From assembly GCA_044344255.1 (NCBI GenBank), contig JBIJDH010000015.1:1-64000 (forward strand): a stretch of DNA of 64,000 bases, read 5' to 3'. Positions 9,099-17,731 of this stretch are shown piece by piece. Source of the DNA: Myxococcota bacterium (GTDB lineage Bacteria > Myxococcota_A > UBA796 > UBA2385). How positions within the stretch are numbered: position 1 is the first letter of the stretch; the number at the start of each line of letters is the position of its first letter. The position numbers and the translations under genes are program-made. The notes under the pieces are model-generated. The model was not told where the DNA came from. It ran no database searches and saw nothing but the letters and a program-made list of their open reading frames with translations.

Positions 9099-10456
9099 AC
9101 GGGCCCTCGTTCGTCCGGCTCGGGGGTGCCCGCAGCACCCGCGGAGGTGTCGGCGGAGCCGTCGGCGGCCCGGAGCTGGAGGAGGGCGACGCGGGCGTGC
9201 TCCACCGACCAGTCCTCGACGGCGGCCAGCGCGGCGACGACCCGCGGCACCTCGGCGGGCGCGGCGCCAGCCTGGACGGCGACGTTTCGGGCGTGCATCC
9301 GCATGTGGCCCTTCTGGATGCCCTCGGTCGCGAGCGCCCGCAGCGCGCCGAGGTTCTGGGCGAGGCCGACCGCGGCCATCACCATGCCGAGCTCGCGGGC
9401 GCGCGGAGAGCCCAGGAGCTTGTGCGCCGCGGCCATGCCCGCGTGGTTGCGGATGGGGCCGCCCACCGTGCCCACCTGGATGGGGAGCTCGAGGCTACCG
9501 CGCAGCGCCCCGGTCTTGTCGACCTTCCAGACGCTGAGCGAGCGGTATTGGCCGTCGCGGGCGGCCCAGGCGTGGGCGCCGGCCTCGATCGCCCGCCAGT
9601 CGTTGCCGGTGGCGAGGGCGACGGCGTCAATGCCGTTCATGATGCCCTTGTTGTGGGTCGCGGCCCGCCAGGGATCGGCGTAGGCGAAGCGCCATGCGCT
9701 GGCGATGCCGAGCGCGACGACGTCTCCGGAGAGCTCCTCCTTCTCGAGCAGGGCCGCGGGCAAGACGCAGGAGGCCCGGGCGAGGCGCCGCGAGGCGAGG
9801 TTGGAGAGGATGCGCAGCCGCACCTCACCGCCGGTGATGGCCTCCACCGCCGGCGCGAGGCGCTCGGCCACGGTGTTCACCATGTTGGCGCCCATCGCGT
9901 CGACACAGTCGAGGAAGAAGTGGAGGACCACCATCTCCTCACGGACCTCGCCGGGCTCGTCGTAGGTGACCCGCCGGACCTCGAAGCCGCGCAGCCCGCC
10001 GCCCCGCTCTTCGAGGCGAGGGTGGATGCCGTGGGCGAGGGGGGCGAGGCTGTCGACCTCAGCGCGGAGGCGCTCGGCGGCGGCGTCGGCGTCGTCGAGG
10101 CCGACCACCTGGATCTGGCCGATCATCACCGAGTCATCGGCGCTGGCGGTGAAGCCGCCCCCGCCGCGCACGAGGCGCGCCATGTTGGAGACGGCCGCTA
10201 CCACGCTCGGCTCCTCCACCACCATCGGTACGAGCACGTCGTGGTCGTTGATGCGGAAGTTGACGCCGACGCCGAAGGGCAGCGCGAAGGTGCCGACGAC
10301 GTTCTCGATCATCAGGTCAGCGCTGCTGAGCGAGAGGCTCTCGGCGTCGAGCGAGGCGAGATCGGCGCCCGTGAGCCCGCAGACGGCGACGAGGGCCCGT
10401 CGCCGGGCCTCCGGAGCGAGGTTGTAGAAACCCGGAATGCGGCTCCCCGTCGGCAT
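9095..10456 (-). CDS. mvaA: Hydroxymethylglutaryl-CoA reductase, class II
   Basis: MIENVVG, EEPSVVAA, DAMGANMVNT, RAATHNKGIMNG, GNDWRAIEA, GIQKGHMRMH. Confidence 0.96.
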   Translation of the reverse strand: MPTGSRIPGFYNLAPEARRRALVAVCGLTGADLASLDAESLSLSSADLMIENVVGTFALPFGVGVNFRINDHDVLVPMVVEEPSVVAAVSNMARLVRGGGGFTASADDSVMIGQIQVVGLDDADAAAERLRAEVDSLAPLAHGIHPRLEERGGGLRGFEVRRVTYDEPGEVREEMVVLHFFLDCVDAMGANMVNTVAERLAPAVEAITGGEVRLRILSNLASRRLARASCVLPAALLEKEELSGDVVALGIASAWRFAYADPWRAATHNKGIMNGIDAVALATGNDWRAIEAGAHAWAARDGQYRSLSVWKVDKTGALRGSLELPIQVGTVGGPIRNHAGMAAAHKLLGSPRARELGMVMAAVGLAQNLGALRALATEGIQKGHMRMHARNVAVQAGAAPAEVPRVVAALAAVEDWSVEHARVALLQLRAADGSADTSAGAAGTPEPDERGPV

Positions 10457-10534
10457 GCCCGCCGTGTATGGCGGACCTGGGGGGCGGTCAAGCAGCCCGA
10501 CGGGCCCCGCAACGGGGGCGCTCCGCCGCTCGGG

Positions 10535-11212
10535 TCAGGGGGCGCAGCCCGCCTTCTTCGCCTTCAGCGACTTGAGCTCCTCGATGTTCCGCTTGGCCGG
10601 GGCGCTGAGCCAGCTCTCGCTGAAGTCATCGCGGCGGTGGTACCAGCTCTCATCCTCGAACTCCCGCTTCCACTCTTCCTTCTCGAAGGGGTAGCCATAG
10701 CGGGCATAGACGGTGTTTCGCAGGCGATCGTACTCTTCGCAGGCGGGGACGTCGTTCCAGGGCCAGTCGAGGCTGCAGAGGGCCTCGTCCTGCGACAGGC
10801 CGCCCGAGCCGCAGCAGAGCCCCTGGAAGTTGCGCTGGAGCTCGTGGAAGTCCCACTTCACGAGCGAGAGGCCGGTGTCGGCGCAGATCTGGGCCTTGCT
10901 CAGGCCCTTGAGCGGATCGACGGGCGCGCCGCCCTTCCCGATGCCCTCGGCCTCGCGGTCCTCGGCGGAGCCGGCGCCCTGGCTCCCGCTGCCGCTGCCG
11001 CGACCGGCCTTGCCGGCCTTTCCACCCTTTCCGCCCTTGCGGCCGCCGCTGCTCTCGCCCGCGTCGGGGTCTCCCGCGGTGGCGGCGGTGGCCTCCGTCT
11101 CGGTGTCGCCGGCGCAGCCGAGGGCGGCGGCCCCGAGCGCCGTGAGCACGAGCGCGAGGCGCAGGGGCGCCGCCCTGAGGGCGGGGCGAGGGGGGAGCGC
11201 AGGTGCCGTCAT
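10535..11212 (-). CDS. YARHG domain lipoprotein
   Basis: Lipobox-like LGAAALGC; RLRNTVYARYGYPF...WY is a YARHG variant. ATG overlaps the TetR stop (ATGA). Confidence 0.8.
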   Translation of the reverse strand: MTAPALPPRPALRAAPLRLALVLTALGAAALGCAGDTETEATAATAGDPDAGESSGGRKGGKGGKAGKAGRGSGSGSQGAGSAEDREAEGIGKGGAPVDPLKGLSKAQICADTGLSLVKWDFHELQRNFQGLCCGSGGLSQDEALCSLDWPWNDVPACEEYDRLRNTVYARYGYPFEKEEWKREFEDESWYHRRDDFSESWLSAPAKRNIEELKSLKAKKAGCAP

Positions 11213-11796
11213 TTGAGCAGACCTCCGGACATCCAACGGACCATCTCATCGATGAGGGCGTCCACCTGGACACTCTCGCCCCGCAGACCGGCTTGGAACA
11301 GGGGCTCTTTGACCATGCCGAGCAGGCAGCGCGCGCCGAGGCGGGCGTCCCCGTCGCGCACCCAGCCTATCGCCATGCCCGTCTCAAGCGCCCCCTCGAT
11401 CCTCAACAACACTTGATCGTAGAAGTGACGGAGGAGCACGTTGCCCTCTTCGTCGATCCCTGCAGCCTCGGCGAAGAGGAGGCGGACGACGTCGCGGTCC
11501 ATCGCCGCCTCGATGATGCGGCCGAGGTTGCCGCGCACCTGCTCGGGGATGGGCGCGGTCACGTCGATGGGGCGGATGACCGACATGACCTCGAACATGA
11601 GGTCTTCGATGACGGCGTGGAAGACGACGCGCTTGCTCTCGAAGTAGTTGTAGAAGGTGCCACGGGCGACGCCGGCCTCGTGGATGATGTCGGAGACGCC
11701 GGTCTGGTGGTATCCCTGCCGCGCGAAGACCCGCCGGGCAGCGGTGAGGATCTGGGCCCGGCGCTCGTCCGGGTTCATCGGCAGCGCGCGGGCCAT
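11209..11796 (-). CDS. TetR/AcrR family transcriptional regulator
   Basis: HTH RRAQILTAARRVFARQGYHQTGVSDIIHEAGVARGTFYNYFESK. Confidence 0.93.
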   Translation of the reverse strand: MARALPMNPDERRAQILTAARRVFARQGYHQTGVSDIIHEAGVARGTFYNYFESKRVVFHAVIEDLMFEVMSVIRPIDVTAPIPEQVRGNLGRIIEAAMDRDVVRLLFAEAAGIDEEGNVLLRHFYDQVLLRIEGALETGMAIGWVRDGDARLGARCLLGMVKEPLFQAGLRGESVQVDALIDEMVRWMSGGLLK

Positions 11797-12488
11797 CAGC
11801 TCTCTCCCTGGGCCGGGTCTGCGGGGGTGGCGGCGCTGCGGTCGGCCTCGGCCTCGGCCTCGGCCTCGGTCTCGGCTGCGGCGGCGGTGACCCACTCCCG
11901 GACCGCCGGCGTCTCCCAGACGCGCTCGGCGTAGCGGCGGAGGGGCTCGGGCAGCACCTTGTCGTAGGTGAACAGGCGGCTGATCACCGGGGCGTAGAAG
12001 GCGTCGGCGATGCCGAAGGTGCCAAAGAGGTAGGGGCCGCCGGAGCGGGCGAGGGCGTCCTCCCAGAGGTCGAACACCCGGGCGATGTCCTCGGCCACGC
12101 CGGGGCCGTCACCAGGGCCGGGGCGACGGCGGTGGAGGTCCATCGGGCAATGGGTGCGCAGGGCGGAGAAGCCGCTGTGCAGCTCGGCGACGACGGAGCG
12201 GGCGTGGGCGCGGGCCGCTCGATCGGCCGGCCAGAGGCGCAGGTTGGGGTAGAGCTCGGCGAGGTACTCGCAGATGGCGAGGGAGTCCCAGATCACCCGC
12301 CCTTCGTGGTGCAGGGCCGGCACCCGACGGCTCGGGCTCCAGCGCGCGATGGTGTCCTTGTACCCGGGAACATCGAGCAGGACGAGCACTTCGTCGAAGG
12401 GGACGCCAGCCGCCCGCATCAAGACCCAAGGCCGCATCGACCAGGAGGAATAATTCTTCGAGCCGATGATGAGGGTGAGACCGTCCAT
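11796..12488 (-). CDS. Glutathione S-transferase family protein
   Basis: LIIGSKNYSSWSMRPW, RVPAL, WDSLAICEYLAE, FGIADAFYAPV. Confidence 0.93.
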   Translation of the reverse strand: MDGLTLIIGSKNYSSWSMRPWVLMRAAGVPFDEVLVLLDVPGYKDTIARWSPSRRVPALHHEGRVIWDSLAICEYLAELYPNLRLWPADRAARAHARSVVAELHSGFSALRTHCPMDLHRRRPGPGDGPGVAEDIARVFDLWEDALARSGGPYLFGTFGIADAFYAPVISRLFTYDKVLPEPLRRYAERVWETPAVREWVTAAAAETEAEAEAEADRSAATPADPAQGES

Positions 12489-12523
12489 CGGCGGTGCGTA
12501 TCTCGTTTCGCACCCGGCCGAGA

Positions 12524-13687
12524 TCAGGCCCCCCCGGCGCCGCCCCGCTCGCCCTGCAGGGTCGCGAGGCGATCGAAGGCGAGCGCGAAGGCGGCGTCGT
12601 CGAAGGGGGCGCCGGGCTCGACCCAGCGCTGCAGGAGCTCGAGCCCGCCGCGCTCTCCGGGCTTCGGGTCGCGCCGGCGGGCCTCGATCCGACCGACGAA
12701 GCGGCCGCGGTGCAGCAGGGGGGCGACGTAGTAGCCCCAGCGGCGCTGCTCGGCGGGCTTGTAGATCTCCCAGACGTAGTCGAAGTCCCAGAGCAGGCGC
12801 AGCAGCTCTCGATCCCAGACGAGGGCGTCGAGCGGGCCGATGACGCGCATGCGGTCGTCGGGGTCGAGGGGAGGGCGGGCCGCCTCGAGGAGGACGGGCG
12901 TGGTGTACCAGGCCTTGCGGCTGCCGGGGAGGCGCAGGCGGACGAGCTCTCCGGCGGCGACCATCCGCTCGGGCAGGCCGTCGGTGCGCAGCGCGGACAG
13001 GGCGCTCCACTGCGGGCCGCCGGCCGTCGAGAGGAGGCCCGCGCTGTTCACGCGCTCCAGCACCATCTCAGGGCCGAAGCTGCTCGAGGGCAGCGCGTGG
13101 TGGTCGGGGAGGGCGCGCTCGGGGACGTCGTAGATGCGCTGCCCGGCAGGTCCTCGGCCAGCCAGCACGATCCGGCACTGGGTCCAGAGCACCTCGAGGG
13201 CCATCGAGGTGGCCTTCGCGGTGCCCTTCCAGCCGCTCCAGTCGAGCGGCTCGACGAGGCCGCGATCGTCGAGGGCGGCGGCGCCGATCGGGCCGCGCGC
13301 TCGGACCTCGGCCTCGACCTCGTCGAGGAGGGCGGAGGGGAGGCGCTGGAGGCGGACCTCGACCCTCCACCAGGGGGCCTCGGCCGCTTGGCCCCGGTAG
13401 GCCGGGAAGAAGCGCGCTGGCAGGAGGCAGCGCTCCTTGGCGAAGTGCTCGAAGGCGAAGCGGGGCATCGTGCGCGCCCAGTCGCCGCGCCGAAGCCCGT
13501 CGACGCGCGCGTGCGCGACGAGATCGGCGTTGGTGCCGAAACGATCGATGGGATCAAGCTGAACGCAGCCCAGCCTCTCCAGCATGGCCCGTAAACCAGA
13601 GACGCCCTCCCGCAGGGGAGGGCGCTCCAGATCGACCGCCCGCAGCAGCAGGCGACGGGCCTCCTCCCGGCTGAGGAGGAGGTCCAG
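12524..13687 (-). CDS. YcaQ/AlkZ-like winged-helix DNA glycosylase (HTH_42 family)
   Basis: LGCVQLDPI, RIYDVPERALP, IGPLDALVWDR, FDYVWEIYKPAEQRRWGYYVAPLL. Start is non-canonical or uncertain: CTG 13687; first ATG is 13585. Confidence 0.88.
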   Translation of the reverse strand: MDLLLSREEARRLLLRAVDLERPPLREGVSGLRAMLERLGCVQLDPIDRFGTNADLVAHARVDGLRRGDWARTMPRFAFEHFAKERCLLPARFFPAYRGQAAEAPWWRVEVRLQRLPSALLDEVEAEVRARGPIGAAALDDRGLVEPLDWSGWKGTAKATSMALEVLWTQCRIVLAGRGPAGQRIYDVPERALPDHHALPSSSFGPEMVLERVNSAGLLSTAGGPQWSALSALRTDGLPERMVAAGELVRLRLPGSRKAWYTTPVLLEAARPPLDPDDRMRVIGPLDALVWDRELLRLLWDFDYVWEIYKPAEQRRWGYYVAPLLHRGRFVGRIEARRRDPKPGERGGLELLQRWVEPGAPFDDAAFALAFDRLATLQGERGGAGGA

Positions 13688-13690
13688 GGG

Positions 13691-16600
13691 CTACTCGGCG
13701 GCTTCGGCGGCGTGGGTGCCGACCGGATCATCGCCCACGGCGGGCTCGACGGCGCCGTCGCCCTCACCGGTGGCCTCGGCGGCGGTCACCGGCTCGACCT
13801 CTTCGCTCGTGCTGGCCTCCGAGGCGCCCATCTCGGCGGTCTCGGCGGTCTCGGCGGGCGCACCCTCGATGGGGGCGGAGTCCGTCGGAGCGGACTCGAC
13901 CGGGGCGGACTCGGCGCCGCCGTCCCGACCGCGGCGGCGGCGACGGACCGTGGTGGTGCCAGCGTCCCGACGGGGCCCGTCGGCGGCGGGGCTGACCTCC
14001 ACCGCGGGCGTTGCGCCGCCCTCGGCGGCCTTGAAGAGCTCGGCGGCCTGACCGGACTCGATCAGGCTGCCGACCTGCTGGAGCACGCGGTCGTAGGCGA
14101 CACGGTCCGGGCCGTTGCGGGGGCTGCGCTCGCGGGCGATCTTGAGCTGCTCGAAGGCGAGGAAGGGGTTGCCCTGGGCGATCGCCAACTCTGCCTGGGC
14201 GGCGAAGGCGGCGTGGCTGGAGGGCTCCTTCTTGATGGCCTTGTCGAGCAGGTTCACCGCGTCGGGGAACTGCCCCTGGCGGATGAGGACGCGGGCCCGC
14301 TGGACGAGGGCCTCCGGGGTCTCCCCCTTCTTGAGGGCCTGCTGGAGCAGCCACTGGGCCTGCTCGATGTCACCACCTTCGCGGTCGAGCAGGATGGCGC
14401 CGAGCTCGACGAGGACGCGGGGGCTGCCCTTGTCCTGGGCGAGGGCGGCCCGCACCTGCTCTTCGGCGCTGGCGAGCAGGGTGGCGCGGTTCTCGAAGTC
14501 GACCATCGCCCGCCGGCGGAGCAGCGCGCCCTGTCGGAGCAGGTGCATCGCGCTCGTGGGGTCGAGGCGGAGGGCCTCCTCGATCGACTGGGCGGCGAGC
14601 TCCCAGTGCTCCATGCCGAGGGCCGTGTAGATCTCGCCCAGGGCGCCGTAGCTGTCCGGCATCATGGGCTCGAGGTCGCGCGCCTTCTTGAGGATGTCGA
14701 CCGCGTCGAGCAGGCGGTTCTGCTGCAGGTACAGAGTGGCCAGCCGGCGGTGCAGGCGGGCGTCCTCGGGGAAGAGGACGACGCCGGCCTCGAGGGCCGC
14801 CGCCGCCTTGCCGCGGGCGCTGCGGTGCAGGTGGAAGGTGGCCTCGGCGTGGAAGACCTCGGGGGTGGGGCCGACGGCCGCGGCGCGGCTGTAGACCTCG
14901 ACCACGGCCTCGACGCCGGCCTTCTCGACGTCCTTGAGCTCGGCGTCGAGCAGGAGGAGCTCGGTGTTGCGGGGGTCCGACTTGAGGGCCTCGTTCAGCC
15001 GCATGCGGGCGATGTCGAGCCGACCCTTCTTCTGGCGGAGGAGGCCGCGGACGTTGTCCACGATGGGGTCATTGTCCGGGTAGGGCATCCCCATCCGGCT
15101 GCGGCCCTTCCGGGCCTCGACGAGGAGGCGGTTGCCCTCCTGACCGAGCGCGACCGCGGCGAGGAGGTCACCGCCCTTCTTGATCTCGCGGGCCCGCTCG
15201 ATGACGTGCTCGGCGTAGCCCTCCATCACCTCGAAGTCTTGGATCTCGCGGGTGTGCAGGTGCTCGGCGACGAGCGGGTGCACGTAGTAGCGGCGATCCG
15301 CGTCGGAGGGCGTCTGCTCGAGCATCCCAGCGCCGAGCAGCGTCAGGCGGTCGGCGCGGGAGAGGCCGAGCTTGAGCAGATCGTCGGGGGTACCGGGGTC
15401 GCGGAGCAGGGCGGCGTGGAGCAGCGAGCCCTTCAGCTTGTCATCGAGCTCCTTCACGCGGCGCTCGATGTGCCGGCGGAGGGCCTCGGTGTCCGTCACC
15501 GACTCGGCGCGGAGGAACTTCGGCTGCTCGAGGAGCTCGTCAATGTCGGCGCCCTCGCGCACCGTGAGGGCGAGGAAGCGGTTGGCGAGCGGGTGGCCGT
15601 GGGTGCGCTCGTTGATCGGGCCGAAGTGGTCGCGGCTGAACTCGGGCGCCTTCCAGCAGGAGAAGAGCTCGTGGAGCTCCCGCCCCTTGAGACCGCCGAG
15701 CTGGATCTGCCGGATCGACCGGGCCTGCCCTTCTTTGTAGAAGGAGGGGGCGCGATCGGAGATGAAGACCATCCGCAGCGTGGGCTCGCTCGTGAAGATG
15801 GCGCGCAGCACCATCTCAAGGCGACCATCGTGGTAGAAGCTGCCATCCCGGCGGTCCAGCAGGACCGGCAGGTTGTGGAGCACCCACACCTTGCCGCGGA
15901 GGCCCTCCCCCTGAAGGGTGGCGGCCACGAGGGCGGCGAGCTCGCTCGGCGTGCCGCGCTCCTCCGGCTTGGAGAGGACCGCGTGCAGGCGGTCATCGCC
16001 GCCGGCCTTGGCGGCCAGGGCGACGCGGGTGACGAAGGCGTCAAAGCCGGAGCCGCGGCCGAAGGTGTAGTCGGGCAGGCGAGGCTTGCCGGCGATGGCC
16101 TTCTCGACGAGCCAGCGGCGACCGACGCCGGAGGGGCCGACGACCACGATCGGACCGCCGTCTGCCTCGATCAGGGCCTGGAGCTCGGGGAGCTCCTCGG
16201 CGCGACCGATGAAGTCGGGGCGGGGCGCGTTGACCTTCTCGGTGTCCTTCTTGGTGGTCGGGGCCGCGTGGAGGGCGCCGCCGATCTGGAAGGAGGGAGC
16301 GGCCTGTACGGGGGCGGGCGCCACGGCGCCGGGCTCGGCCACCGCGAGGGCCTGCACGAAGTCGAGGGCGCGCATCTTGAGCTGCTCGAGCTTCAAGAGG
16401 CGCATGCCCATCGGCAGGGCGAAGGGGTTGAAGGCCTTGGCGGCCACGAAGACCTTGGGCTTCTTGGCCCCGGCCTTGATGATCTCACCGAGCTCGGCCA
16501 GCGCCTTGCTGTCCTCGGCGGCGTCCGGCTCGAGGAGCACGATGATGCCGCCCTCACGGCTGAGCGCCGGAGCGACGTGATCAGCCGTCAGCGACTGGAC

Positions 16601-16744
16601 CGGGTTGACGGGCCCACTGCCGAGCGCCACGGTGGCGACGTTGCGGCGGCGAAGCTCAGCCAGGACCTCCGCGGACTGGAGGGAGCGCCCCCCCACCGCG
16701 AGAACACATCGGCCGTCTTGGATGGCGGCTTGCACGCGATTCAT
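13691..16744 (-). CDS. STAND/NB-ARC-like protein with degenerate P-loop and C-terminal TPR array
   Basis: FIGRAEEL, VVVGPSGVGRR, VWVLHNL, THGHPLA, YYVHPLV, then multiple TPR-like repeats and an Arg-rich/acidic tail. Confidence 0.75.
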   Translation of the reverse strand: MNRVQAAIQDGRCVLAVGGRSLQSAEVLAELRRRNVATVALGSGPVNPVQSLTADHVAPALSREGGIIVLLEPDAAEDSKALAELGEIIKAGAKKPKVFVAAKAFNPFALPMGMRLLKLEQLKMRALDFVQALAVAEPGAVAPAPVQAAPSFQIGGALHAAPTTKKDTEKVNAPRPDFIGRAEELPELQALIEADGGPIVVVGPSGVGRRWLVEKAIAGKPRLPDYTFGRGSGFDAFVTRVALAAKAGGDDRLHAVLSKPEERGTPSELAALVAATLQGEGLRGKVWVLHNLPVLLDRRDGSFYHDGRLEMVLRAIFTSEPTLRMVFISDRAPSFYKEGQARSIRQIQLGGLKGRELHELFSCWKAPEFSRDHFGPINERTHGHPLANRFLALTVREGADIDELLEQPKFLRAESVTDTEALRRHIERRVKELDDKLKGSLLHAALLRDPGTPDDLLKLGLSRADRLTLLGAGMLEQTPSDADRRYYVHPLVAEHLHTREIQDFEVMEGYAEHVIERAREIKKGGDLLAAVALGQEGNRLLVEARKGRSRMGMPYPDNDPIVDNVRGLLRQKKGRLDIARMRLNEALKSDPRNTELLLLDAELKDVEKAGVEAVVEVYSRAAAVGPTPEVFHAEATFHLHRSARGKAAAALEAGVVLFPEDARLHRRLATLYLQQNRLLDAVDILKKARDLEPMMPDSYGALGEIYTALGMEHWELAAQSIEEALRLDPTSAMHLLRQGALLRRRAMVDFENRATLLASAEEQVRAALAQDKGSPRVLVELGAILLDREGGDIEQAQWLLQQALKKGETPEALVQRARVLIRQGQFPDAVNLLDKAIKKEPSSHAAFAAQAELAIAQGNPFLAFEQLKIARERSPRNGPDRVAYDRVLQQVGSLIESGQAAELFKAAEGGATPAVEVSPAADGPRRDAGTTTVRRRRRGRDGGAESAPVESAPTDSAPIEGAPAETAETAEMGASEASTSEEVEPVTAAEATGEGDGAVEPAVGDDPVGTHAAEAAE

Positions 16745-16951
16745 CAGTGCCTCGTTCGCTCTGGCTCTTCAACTATGGCAGGGAGCCCGGTGGAATTTTC
16801 AGTGGTCGAAGGTTCGACCGTCCGGGGACCGGCTCATGGAGCCGGGCCGGAGGAGAGGACCGGGCCGGGGTTCCGGCGTAAGGCCAGACCCCCGGTGCCG
16901 AGGGAGCCGGGAGGCTAACGGGGAGAGCGGGGGTCTTCAAGCGGCGCGGGG

Positions 16952-17716
16952 TCAACCGAAGGCGCTTGAAGTGGGGGCATCGGCGGTGCGGTGCGCCTCC
17001 CCGAGCTCGTGGGGGAGGCACACGGTGATGCCGCGGGCCCGGCAGAGCGCCGACATTTCGCCCTCTCTCGGCGGCACGGCGATCGCGCCCAGGGTGGCGA
17101 GAGACAACATCTCGAGGTCGCCCGGGCTGTCGCCGATCGCGAAGAGCGGCAGACTTCGGATCTTGTCGCGGATCGCCTCGACCTTGCCGTGGCCGTAGAG
17201 GACGGGACCGATGATGCGGTCGGTCAGGATGTTGTGCGCCATCGCGAGGTCCATGCCGACGACCGGGGCGAAGGGGAGCCCGATGTGACCCATCACCGCG
17301 CGGCCGACGCGGGTGTTGGTGCCGGTCACCACCCAGATGCGGTGTCCGGACTCCCGCATGCGCTGCGCGAGGCGGATGACGACGTCTCGAGGCCGGACGA
17401 GGCCGTCCATGAAGACGTTCTGGACGATGTCGCTGATGTCACGGCGAGACAGGCCGGCGAGCGCGAGGCAGCAGGCCTTGTAATGAATTTCGTGCGGTCC
17501 GGTCCGTTGAAAGCGCCGATATCCGGAGATGACGTCGGGGCCCACAAGCTCTCGTAACGCCGGGGGGATATGACCGGCTCGGACCAGACGCAGGAAGACC
17601 TCCTCCCCGATGTCTCCCGTGAGTAAGGTCCCATCCATGTCAAAGACCACCGGCCCCGGTGGCGCCGCGAGCACTCGATCCACCGCTTCCGGCCATTTGA
17701 CCCCGTCAACGGTCAT
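16952..17716 (-). CDS. HAD-family hydrolase (phosphoserine phosphatase-like)
   Basis: VVFDMDGTL, WVVTGT, GKVEAI, AIGDSPGDLEML. Confidence 0.88.
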   Translation of the reverse strand: MTVDGVKWPEAVDRVLAAPPGPVVFDMDGTLLTGDIGEEVFLRLVRAGHIPPALRELVGPDVISGYRRFQRTGPHEIHYKACCLALAGLSRRDISDIVQNVFMDGLVRPRDVVIRLAQRMRESGHRIWVVTGTNTRVGRAVMGHIGLPFAPVVGMDLAMAHNILTDRIIGPVLYGHGKVEAIRDKIRSLPLFAIGDSPGDLEMLSLATLGAIAVPPREGEMSALCRARGITVCLPHELGEAHRTADAPTSSAFG

Positions 17717-17731
17717 CTCGTGGTCCCTCGA

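Noticed and set aside
7246..9138. 630-aa fusion ORF of mvaD, and similarly extended ORFs 11796-13010, 47130-49052 and 55733-58423
   Set aside because: The N-terminal extensions are off-frame readings of the upstream genes; family homology begins at internal starts (8205, 12488, 48434, 57173).
13712..16918. 1068-aa + strand ORF, and similar long antisense ORFs (864-3047, 9197-11416, 21625-24612, 38637-41849, 60046-62334)
   Set aside because: Shadow ORFs opposite genes with clear family motifs. They are expected from high-GC codon bias, and I see no recognisable domains in them.
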